Part shown: in pieces, positions 1 through 10,087 of the stretch
How positions within the stretch are numbered: the first letter of the stretch is position 1
How the letters are laid out: each line of letters starts with the position of its first letter
Source of the DNA: Chiloscyllium plagiosum
Lineage: Eukaryota
Assembly (NCBI RefSeq): GCF_004010195.1
Contig: NC_057718.1
Location: forward strand, 20,581,726 to 20,601,725
DNA length: 20,000 nucleotides
Direction of reading: 5' to 3'
Position numbers and translations under genes: made by a program
The notes under the pieces: model-generated
What the model saw: only the letters and a program-made list of their open reading frames with translations
What the model was told of the DNA's origin: nothing
The model's database searches: none

Positions 1-496
1 GACAGCTCACCATCTTGAGGGAAAGAATGGATTGGCAATATTTTCTGTGGCTTGCCTGTGATATATATTTGCTGTGAATGAATAAATTAATTATACTAAA
101 CATACGCAACTAACATATGCTCTAAGAAAATGATCTTCCCTTTCTTTTCAATGTTCTCTACGGTAAACTCATCAATAAACACTGTCAGTTTTACTCTTGC
201 ACATTAACTTTTTTTGTTTTCTTGAAATGAAGAGGGTTCATCTTATTTGACCAGTCTATTCCCAGCCATTTGACAGTACATTTCTTCAACTGTCCACTAG
301 GTGTATGAAACTGAAAGATATAAACTGACAGCTAAAAATAAACTACAATCAAAAGGCAATTTTAAAAAAATGCTTTGTTAAACTGCACAAGTTGCATGGA
401 TCTGTATTGATTTTATCATCACTTTAACACACTTTGTATTGAAATTTGGATATGAAATCGAATTCAACCAGTATAAAACAAAACATAAGAACTCTT

Positions 497-824
497 AATC
501 ACACAACACCAGGTTATAGTCCAACAGGTTTAATTGGAAGCACACTAGCTTTCGGAGCGACGCTCCTTCGTCAGGTGATAGTGGAGGGCTCGATCGTAAC
601 AGAATTTATAGCAAAAATTTTCAGTGTGATGTAACTGAAATTATACATTGAAAAATTGATTGTCTGTTAAGCCTTTCACCTGTTAGAATACAGTGATAGT
701 TTCACTTCTTTCATGTGTAAATCACAAAACCTTTTTTTTAAAAGTTGCATTCTCGGGTTAGCTGTTAACAATGGTGATAGCTAGACAATATGTTGAAGGT
801 GTTAGCCCCCTGTGTTCTCTGTCT
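497..824 (-). mobile_element. Penelope-like retroelement (PLE) 3' end / pseudo-LTR fragment, young copy
   Basis: Minus strand carries a hammerhead core (CTGACGA..GAAA) near its 3' end, a hallmark of PLE termini. The sequence resembles a shark PLE terminal repeat recognised from memory, not from a search. Confidence 0.75.
543..577 (-). ncRNA. Minimal type I hammerhead ribozyme motif (PLE-associated)
   Basis: Minus strand reads CAC-CUGACGA-A-GGAGC-GUC-GCUCC-GAA-AGCU-A^GUG: stem I CAC/GUG, stem II GGAGC/GCUCC, palindromic AGCU stem III, CUA cleavage triplet. Confidence 0.7.
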
Positions 825-1023
825 CACACTCACAACCCCCACCCCAGACAGACACACACACACAGACAAAGACCCACATGAACACACATCCCGTGGGGTG
901 AATGCGCACCTGCAGAGCCACACTGCACCCCGCTCAAAAATTGTACACATTCATGTAGAACCCCGAGCCCAAAACCCGCATGAATCCATGCAAAACTCTG
1001 CCACCCATCCCCCAGACCAGAAT
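825..1023 (+). mobile_element. Inverted upstream segment of the same PLE, C-rich and T-poor (apparently hypermutated)
   Basis: Abrupt composition switch at ~825; 841-1020 has 21 T and 69 C in 180 nt. Contains a (CA)n tract and a 35-nt-period internal repeat (932-965 / 967-1000). Orientation relative to 497-824 is inferred from a recalled family consensus. Confidence 0.6.
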
Positions 1024-1532
1024 AAAGGAGCATGCTGCAAGGTATTGATGAGTTCACCCTTTTGCTCTGAAACATTTATAAACAAAGTTAGAATGGTTGC
1101 TAAGTCATGTCATTACTTCCTCATTTTTGACATTCTTGAAGGCTTCTCTCACTCTGACATGCAAAGATCAATCCTGAAAGAGGATGAGAGGCCTCATCTT
1201 CAGCACCCAGGTCTTTTGTCATCACTCTCTTCTAGTCATTATGGACTATCTTTTTCTTGAAAAGTAAACCAAAATATCAAAATGACCCTTTGTTTGTAGA
1301 CACGCACAAAACCAAAGTATCAAAATGCAACCTATAATGGGTGTGATGACAGATGTGTGCCACAAGCAATTTTATTTGATGGAAGGCTTTTATGGAAGGA
1401 ATGCAGATAATGATGTGAGTCAAGAAACATTTTCAAGTTATCATAGGGATGTAAAGGTAAAAGTGCTACATGATGAGCAATAATGATAATCAGTTCACGC
1501 AATTTGATATTTTGTGAAGGGAAGGTCACAGA

Positions 1533-1576
1533 TATGTAAAGCATATCTGTCACGAGTGACAGATATGCTTTACATA
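1533..1576. repeat. Perfect inverted repeat, 21-bp arms with 2-nt spacer
   Basis: TATGTAAAGCATATCTGTCAC-GA-GTGACAGATATGCTTTACATA. Confidence 0.95.
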
Positions 1577-1859
1577 GTGCATTCTTGGAAGTTACGTACA
1601 GCCTTTTTTCACCTTACCAGTCGTGATGATTATGAAATTTCTTTTTCCAGCACTGAGTAACTCTATATCCAGTATTTTCTTAGTGCTTGTTACTCTGACC
1701 ACCTTCTTCCACTGGCCCTAAATAGTTCCACTTGGCAGCTCACCATCCATCTGTTCCAGTAAGGGCTTTCTTTCACAACTTATCCTTTTATAGTAATACT
1801 TTTTCTTTACTTTTTTTTAAAAAACAAGGAACAGTCACTGCCCACAATGTAAGCATGTA

Positions 1860-2050
1860 TTCTCAATCCTGAGTTGTTCTTGAGAGACTTTATCTTGAAT
1901 AGTCACAATACCATACAGTGACAATACTCCAATAATGCTATTGGGAGAGGAGTTGTCAGATTTTGACCCATCTACTGTTAAGAAATGGTGATAAAAGACC
2001 AAACCAGAATAGTATGTAACCTAGTGGAGAGCTTGGAGAGGTGGGTTTTT
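1860..2050 (-). mobile_element. Old, degraded CR1/L2 LINE 3' fragment
   Basis: aatgctattgggagaggagttgtcagattttgacccatctactgttaagaaatggtgata resembles 19452-19512 (caatgctgttaggaagagcatttcacaactttgatccagtgacagtgaaggaatagtgata) in this window. Confidence 0.55.
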
Positions 2051-3812
2051 CAAATCACCTTTGATCAGAGAGGTTTTTGGTATGATTTACTCTTTTGGCA
2101 ATTACCCGAAGATGACCATGGCTCTAATTTTAGTATTTGTGTGAATGCTAAGTAAATTGCCAGCTACAGGTACTTTTTTAATTGTAAAATGATTCACAAT
2201 CATGGCATTGACACTTTTGATAATGCATAGTGATGAAGTTAGTTTTTTTTCTATTGCTAAAATTATTTTTTCTTTGTAAATGAACTTGAAGGGATTTGAG
2301 TGCTGATTGAATGAGAATAAATAAATTATTACTCATGATCCCTGCAATTGAGTTCTCCATTTATATTTTCATGTGCGTAGTTTTAAACACAAACCAAAAC
2401 ACAAATTAGAATGAGACACACAGTCTTGCATAACATGTTATCAACTGCAGAATGCATTATGAAGCACTGTGAGATAAAATGTACAGTTCATTTCCACTGA
2501 TCACAATTCTATATGCTATCTGACTGCCCAATTCTGTAATATAGATCATTATCTCATTGATCCTTCCAATAGCTTTAATGTGAGATTTGCACTGGTTGCA
2601 TCATTTAAGTTGTTACAGTTTGATTCATAGATGAATCACTGAAATATGTGCTTCAGCACAGTGTCTGGATTTATGTTAAAATACTGTACTGGAAATTAAT
2701 GCATGAAATTCAAGTTTTGAGATCATAGTCCCAAATTGGTAATCTTATAACTACAGTAATTTTAAAAGAAAGAAATCTTCATTCATGAGCAGAGATTTTA
2801 TATATTGGTTACAAAGAATCATGATGAATTTTGGCATGTTATTTTCTTCATTTTGATTAATTAGCAAATACTACAAAATAAACAATGAATTCTGATGATA
2901 TCAGACTTTGACATATACCTCAATTCATTAAATGTACAATCAAAAATTTAGTAAAATTTAGTAAGTAATTCTTCTCTGTGCTTTATGATGTCTAAAGAAA
3001 GAGGCTGACATATCAGTAAAGCATCTATTGTGGATGATAAAAAGCAGCATCCAAGGTGACCTTGTGTCGTTTTGTGTAGTGGACTGCGCCATTAATTGCC
3101 CAGCACTACAACGTTTGTTAAAATCATGTGATCTAATTTGCCAGCCAATGGTTACTAATTCCCTGATAGAGTTCCCCATTCTGAGAACTGAACATACATC
3201 AGTGCTATGACTGAACGTAGCAGGGTTTTGTAACATGGTGATTGCCAAAGCAGCACTGATATTGATTCAACAGTGATCTAATACTTCACATACCTTGGGA
3301 CTAAAACATTACAATTGGTTCAATCAGAATAAAAAAGAAGCTCACTTGAGTGTCTATGGGGATGTCCATACAGTGATGTTTATTTCTTGATTTTTAAGGT
3401 CAGATATCATCCATGTCAGGATGCAATTTGAATACGAGACAATGTTCATGTCTCTTTGTAAATGTTCCTGCAATAAGCTCTTTATTGAACAGAGACAATG
3501 TCCCCTTACATTCCCAAACTTGGGTCTTGCAATGATTTGAAATACTCCAGTATCACACAACCTGAGGTTACTGAAAGCACACAAGCTTGTTTTTCCTCAC
3601 AATTTTTAAACTGAATCAGTACATTTGTTGATATGATGAAACATTTTGTGAGGAAAAGCAGTTTTGTTCTTTTATGGTAAATGTTGGTTTTCAAGGTACT
3701 TTGAATGTTGTTGTACCTGAATTTCAGGAAGTTAAAAGAGAGGGATAGTAAGAAATTGGAAGAGTAAATTATTTGTTAGCCATCATTACAAAGGAGTTGG
3801 AACATAAGAGTA

Positions 3813-4673
3813 AGCACCTTTTGGAATATTTTGTGCAATTCTGGTCTCCTTCCTTTAGGAACAATGTTGTGAAACTTGAAAGGGTTCAGAAAAGATTCAC
3901 AAGGAGGTTGCCAAGGTTGGTGGGCTTGGACGGAGAGGTTGAATATGCTGGGGCTGTTTTTCCCCTGGAGCATCAGAGGGTGAGGAGTCACTTATAGAGG
4001 TTTATAAAATCATGAGGAGCATGGATTGGATGGTCAAAGTCTGTTCCCCGGGATGGGGGAGTCCAGAACTAGATTTAGGGTGAGACGAGAAAGATTTAAA
4101 AGTTACCTAAGGGTCAACTTTTTCACACAAAGAGTGGTGCATGTATGGAAATTTGAGACTAGGACCCGTGGACACAGCCTTAGAATTAGAGGGGGTCATT
4201 TCAGAACAGAAATGCGGAGACATTTCTTCAGCCAGAGAGTGATGGGCCTGTGGAATTCATTGCCACGGAGTGCAGTGGAAGCCGGGACGCTAAATGTCTT
4301 CAAGGCCGAGATTGATAGATTCTTGTTGTCTAGAGGAATTAAGGGCTACGGGGAGAACGCTGGTAAGTGGAGCTGAAATGCGCATCAGCCATGATTGAAT
4401 GGCGGAGTGGACTCGATGGGCCAAATGGCCTTACTTCCACTCCTATGTCTTATGGTCTTATGGTCTTATGGAATGAGCTGCCAATGGAAGTGGTGGAGGC
4501 TGGTAAAATTACAACATTTAAGAGGCATCTGCTTGGGTATATGAACAGGAAAGGTTGAGAGTGATATGGACTAAGTGCTGGCAAATGGGACTAGATTAAT
4601 TTAGGATATGGTTGACATGGACAAATTGGACCGAAGGGTCTGTTTCCATGCTGTACCTCTCTCTCCGAATCTA
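3813..4673 (+). mobile_element. CR1/HER1 LINE 5'-truncated copy (ORF2 C-terminus plus 3' UTR), interrupted at 4151-4466
   Basis: Translations LLEYFVQFWSPSFRNNVVKLERVQKRFTRRLP, NFFTQRVVHVW and WNELPMEVVEAGKITTFKRHL are typical CR1 ORF2 C-terminal motifs. 3' UTR ends in ttggaccgaagggtctgtttccatgctgtac. Confidence 0.88.
4151..4466 (+). mobile_element. Young CR1/HER1 LINE 3' fragment nested in another CR1
   Basis: Open frame TRGHSLRIRGGHFRTEMRRHFFSQRVMGLWNSLPRSAVEAGTLNVFKAEIDRFL, 3' tail (ATGGTCTT)n, target-site duplication TATGGAA at 4144-4150 and 4467-4473. Confidence 0.9.
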
Positions 4674-7600
4674 GGTCATACTGTATTTTATTGACATTTA
4701 GTTAGACCAGATCTGGAGCAATGCATACAGTTTTGGTTTCCTTATCTCAGGCCTTTGATGTGGTGCAGTGAAGAGTCAGTTAATTGATTCCCAAGATGAA
4801 GATTGTCATTTGAGGAAGGATTGAGTCTAATCAACCTGAATTTTGTGGAATTTAAAACAATGAGAGATGGTCAAATTTAAATTAGTGAAAATCCCAGAAC
4901 ACTTGACAAACAAGCTATTCCTTGCAACTGGGAAATCATGAATTAGGTTTCAAACTGTCATAGTCAAGAGTCAGCGATTTTGAATCTGACATAATCTTCA
5001 CTCTGTATTGTGAGCCTTTGGAATTCTCTATATCATATAATATCAGTAGATTTTGGACCCAACTGACTCAAAAGATTTAGGAAAATTGTGGAAAATAGAG
5101 GTAAAGTTATTAGCAGTCAGCATCTTATTGAATGGCAAAGTCAAAGGAATATGTTGCCTTACTATATCTTACCTTTCCAGCAAAACAAAACAGAAGGCAT
5201 CATTTTCCATAAAGAAAGTGAAGAAAGCAAGCAGGTGTGTTTAAGGTTTGTCAGCTGGCATCACTGAGTGGCTGAAAACAATTCTATGCTGAAATATTGT
5301 TTACATGTGCCTCTTCAGTTCAAGTGTATGATTAATGGTGTCCTCCATAGTTTGCTTGTTCTGTACACAGCTAACATGGAATCCTACTGACACAAGGGTG
5401 CTAGCTTTGAGATCAGTTCTGAGCTGGGCTAGTTTCCCTGGCCAGCGTGACAATCAGCTGTCACTTGTAGCTTCAGTTCTGTGGATTAGGGAATAGGAGG
5501 AAAGTTTGGGGCAAGGGGGCTACTGAGTGGGGAGGGGGTGGAAATAGTGAAATCAGTGAGATTTATCTTCTTATTCAATTAACCCTGTTGGAACGTGCAA
5601 GAGTACAGGCTTGGGTTTGAGGACTAGGTCTGGCGTCGATTATTTTGCTCCAGTGTAAAATATATTTTGATGATGCAGGACTGTTGGAACCACAGTCCAA
5701 CACGTCAATGTTGCTAGAAACTAAACAGTGAACGAGAATTTGTCTTTATACTGCAGTATGGAAATAGGTAGGGAGGAGACATCTATTGGGGAAGCCTCCG
5801 AAGGCATAAACTATTACAATGTTTCAATTCATTTGGATTCCTTTGATGCAACAGCTGAATTGTTGTTCTTCATCTATGACAATATCGGATAATGGTAGAT
5901 CATCGTGGCGAGAAATGTACAACAGCCCAGCTCAATCCAGACCACACCTAGCATCTGGACACATGCATTCAGCAGCTGAAGTGAAGAATCGTGAATAACT
6001 CTTACCCTGTCTAACTCAGGTTCTCTGAGACCGATTGTAAAGACCCAACTGACCGCACAGACTGAGTTCAAATAACTGAAGTACGGATGGAGGATCTTCT
6101 GGTCTGTATGGTAAAACAACGTACCGAGCATCGTCTTTACTTACAAGTAAGAGGAACTCGGATTATAAAATTAAAAACTGTTTTAAGCATTACCATCAGT
6201 CAATGCAGTTTGAGTCCAGTGGTAATAATGGAAGTAAGAGAAGAGTATAATCAGATTTATCCATGGAATTGCGCATGCCTCCAAAATGTACTTAAATTAT
6301 TAAATTCCCAAGATGCGCATTCCTTGTATAATATTACCAACTATTATAACTGTGTAATCCGATAACCTTATGTAAATACTCTTTATACTGTAGTTTCTCA
6401 ATAACTCATTAATTGTGATCTTGGAGCGCGAGTACATAATTATATAGAACACACTCACTAGTGGCGCCTTCCTTGGAATTACAAAAAGAGTGGTCATTCA
6501 ATCATATTTTCTTTTAAAATATATTTTGGGCAAGTATTTCGGTCAGTGGAGTAATGTACACTTGCTGCAAAGCCACTTTCCCGTGATTTAATTCAGCCAA
6601 CGAATGTGTGCATTCAGCTTTCTAACCCACTGAAGCAGGTTGTTGTTGTTAGAGCGGCCGTCAACTGTATGGACCCTATCTAATAGCGAAGTGTCGGACA
6701 ATGCCTAATAAATCTCTATTAAAACTGGTCGAAAAGGTAACCTTACCACAGTCAATACATTGACTTGATTCTATTTATCCTACATACTGTGTTCTTTAAA
6801 ACTTGCTTCACCTCCAAAAACATTAATCGTATTTCCATTCAGAATATTACTTTAAAATAAAGACTTTCAGAAAACAGATTTTTAAAAAAAATCAAAGCAC
6901 CAAGGTCCCAGCTTTTAAACTCATATGAATTGAAGGGTAATGCTTAAACTAATCGGAATCCAACTGTGAAGTCAGCTCCACAGAGCAATGTCTTGGTGTC
7001 AATTACCCAGCTAGAATGGAAACTTATGAGAAAATCTAAATGCAGGCCTATTTATATCTCTATAATGAATAAACAGATATAGGGGTAGAAAATAAAAGAT
7101 AAATAGACACGTATATAAACAAACAGATATACAGCTATTACAAAGCTAAACACGTGTAAACGGATGTTATCAGAGAACGAAACTTGCATATCAATGAATA
7201 TTAAAACACTTCTACATTAATATGGAGATGACTGAAGAGGAAAAATTACCAGAAACTATTTTTCATTCAAATCGTGTGAAGGTGCTTAGAGAAACTTCCC
7301 TGAATATAGGAAATATGTAAATGTATTGTTAAAATATTAGATAGTTTTGGCATAATTGTGGTCATATTATTGTATTAATAACTTATATTTCGTGTTTTCG
7401 TTGTCTGCCTCTGTATTGCTGTCAAAGTGCCAGTTGTTTAGTAACATCACTCCGTGCCACGCTCTGACATGACTTAAGATTCATAAGAAACAATGTTTGA
7501 ATGATCTATTTGGGATGAGTGATATGATTATGCGTCATCAGAAAATTCACCATTCCATTAAACCTTTCACCAACTCCTAACGTTTATAAATGTAATCTGA

Positions 7601-8074
7601 AGTAGCATTTCAACCTCTCAAAGAAAACAAACCCACCTGAATTAATATGGTAAAATTCTACATAATATCCATCTTTAAGATGAACCGTAATCAACCGTGC
7701 AGATACAGCCTCTGTAAATGACATACTGGAGATGAAATAAAATCTCTCCTTGAAATAAGACCGGATCAGTTGCACTCCACATTAAATCCAATTGCTATTA
7801 CCAAAGTTAAATGCCATTACTATGAATAAAAGACATGAATTTTTTATTTGCAGTCTAATTTAAGCGTTTTCTCAGTGGAATGTTTAACAATATTTAACAT
7901 TAGAGGAAAGAAAAACCTTTTATAGTATCTCGCATTTGATAAATAACTGCCTCTTCGTTTAATAATCAGATTAGTAATAGAATCAAGAATTTTCTAAAAT
8001 TTGGTATTTCAATTTATAATGTTGTGGCTTTCAAGGCATGGCCAATTATGTGTGTCCGCTTATGGTTCCTTACC

Positions 8075-8080
<6 letters not shown>

Positions 8081-8111
<31 letters not shown>

Positions 8112-8133
8112 TGGTGGTGGTGGGGGTGGGGGG
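8081..8133. repeat. (TG)15 microsatellite grading into (GTG)n and G-tracts
   Basis: Directly visible. Confidence 0.95.
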
Positions 8134-9699
8134 CTCCTCTGCAATGTATTTGTGCTGCCGAAAGAAAGGGACACTTAGTCGAAACTTTCCGTCCTGCAAT
8201 AATCAGACCAAGTCACAAGAAATTCCAAAGGGAAACTCGTTATTTGTCTCTTGACTTTGGTATTCTTGTGAATTGCCCTGACGAGTGCAAAATGAAAGCT
8301 TTTGCAAAACGTGTCTTTTTCATCAATACTTACTTTCTTTACCACCAAACAACTTTTTGTTTATACGTGTGGTTCTGTATTCCATGCACTTCAATTATGC
8401 TGGGGCTTTGCACTCAACTAATTCGATAAAACAACATTTCGCTTTCAGGGGCATCTTTAAAATTTACAATTACGCTGCACCAATAAAACCCACCTTGCCT
8501 TCGTTACAAACGCCCCTCCATTTAACTTTTATTTTCAGTTTAGAATCAGTGCGGCCGACTTGCTCATTGTGATCATTTCCTTCCATAAGCCTATCAGATC
8601 CTGCGGATTATTTGCCACAATTCTGCTACTTTCTCTTTTGCGATCTCGCCGCAAACGTAGCCCAGCGTTTCCCTCGACCAGATTTTCTTTTGTGATTGTA
8701 GGTACCGAGATCATTTTGTTTTTAAGTTTGAATTCTCCCTCACAGTGTGCACTCGTTCCTTATTTTGATCTTTATTTTGTTTGCTCAATATCACAAGAGC
8801 AAATTGAAACTCGTACCACCTTTTGCAATATGCATCGTAGCTCAAAGCAGCTGCACACTCCCTTTTGTAGTTCACTGGTTTAAATCCTGTGGGTTTTCTA
8901 AAAACTGACTGAATAAGAAATGGAAACGCAAACCGTTTGGTTCCACCTGTTTAGTCCACTTGCGGAACGTCAGAGAGCGAAAGGACTCTCGCGAATCCCA
9001 TCTTTCAATTACAATGCTCATAACGAACCAATTTTTTTTTGCTGTTTCTGTGTATTTGGGAAATGAACATCCAATTCCCTTTTTACTTGACATTTTTAAA
9101 CATACGAAGCAAAGGCACAACCTCTCGCCATCAATAAGTAATTGTTAAAAAACACGGCTCAGCTGCACTGAGCCACGACCGACCGTTTCTAATGAGCGTC
9201 CGAACCGCCACTTCCTCGTCCCAATTAGCACTTAACAAAGAGCGCGCGTAAGGACTTATTGCCCAGCGTTGCTCTGGCGTGTTTTACTTTGTTTTGCTTC
9301 AGTGGCCTCTCCTCGACTAATTGTTGGCTCTGCCCACGGACACTTTCTTCATGAACAATAAACTGATGACTTCTTTGGGACCACTGACTTGAAGGTGAAG
9401 ATTTCCCACTTCTAGTGTTAAAACTGTGGCCCAGAAATGAACATGAATCGAATTGTTATCCGCGAAATCTCCAAATCCAGAGCGAAAGGTGCAACAGATG
9501 ACCCCTCCCCAAACGAAAACCGTCAATGTGAATATGATTGAACTAACCTTGATTAGTGTTTATACTGTTAGCATCTCGCACTCGCCAGTGGTTCAAACCG
9601 AAAACACAGTCAAGGAACAAATGACACAAAGGTGCGGGGAGTTAGTAATGAATTTATTTACCTGCATGGCCCGGTCTCCTCTTGTCTTCCCGAATCCAC

Positions 9700-9930
9700 C
9701 TCCCAGAGCGTGGTGGTCATTTCCAAATCAGTTGCTGAGCGCAAGTAGATACACGGCATCTTTAAAACTGATTGACTTGGAAAGGGGCGGGTTAACGCGT
9801 CTTCTATTCCAACCCGATTGGACCTGTCTCGGGGAGAGAAAGAGAGACTAAAAAAAATGAACTGTTTGAAAGTAACTTACTGACGGAGGCGTTGCTTTTA
9901 GTCTCCACCTCCCGTCCCTCCCGCCCCCGA
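9700..9930 (+). promoter_or_regulatory. Probable TATA-less proximal promoter of the FoxG gene
   Basis: TGATTGAC (Pbx/Prep-type octamer) 9769-9776, GC box GGGGCGGG 9784-9791, reverse CCAAT (ATTGG) 9817-9821, GC box CCCGCCCC 9920-9927; CpG-rich and 160-390 bp upstream of the ATG. TSS not determinable. Confidence 0.6.
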
Positions 9931-10087
9931 GTGAATTACCTGCTTTGGTGCAGGTTGTCCCGCTCTGTTCCTTACCAAGTCTCCACTCGGCTGTAACATC
10001 GCCGCGCTCCCTTTGACCTCTCTCTCTCGAAATTGTTCCAACCAGGAAGAGAGGCGAAGATTAAAACAAAAAAGGAAAGAGCCTGTG

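Larger units (their letters stand above)
3765..5170 (+). mobile_element. Oldest CR1 (HER1-like) LINE 3' fragment, split by younger insertions (pieces ~3765-3812 and ~4674-5170)
   Basis: The piece after 4674 has degraded CR1 ORF2 C-terminal motifs (agaccagatctggagcaatgcatacagttttggtttcc, similar to RPxLEYCVQFWSP; cttcactc..tttggaattctcta, similar to FFTQRVVxLWNSL) that parallel the younger copies nearby. Confidence 0.55.

Noticed and set aside
790..1260. 156-aa ORF
   Set aside because: Runs through repeat sequence whose T depletion removes stop codons; no protein similarity.
1266..1327. 19-bp imperfect direct repeat AAACCAAA(A/G)TATCAAAATG
   Set aside because: Only two A-rich copies; an ordinary local duplication, not an array.
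5330..5700. Possible very old SINE remnant
   Set aside because: Too degraded to support from sequence alone.
6452..6470. CTCF-like CACTAGTGGCGC (also CCACTAGGTG near 294)
   Set aside because: Spacing or 3' half does not fit the CTCF consensus.
7069..7160. Cluster of RYAAAYA forkhead-like words
   Set aside because: A-rich low-complexity context makes chance occurrence likely.
8001..9851. Several 60-140 aa ORFs upstream of FoxG
   Set aside because: Microsatellite-derived or random; mostly non-ATG starts; no domains.
10013..10087. 25-aa N-terminal extension from TTG in the ORF track
   Set aside because: Non-ATG start chosen by the ORF caller; FoxG homology begins at ATG 10088.
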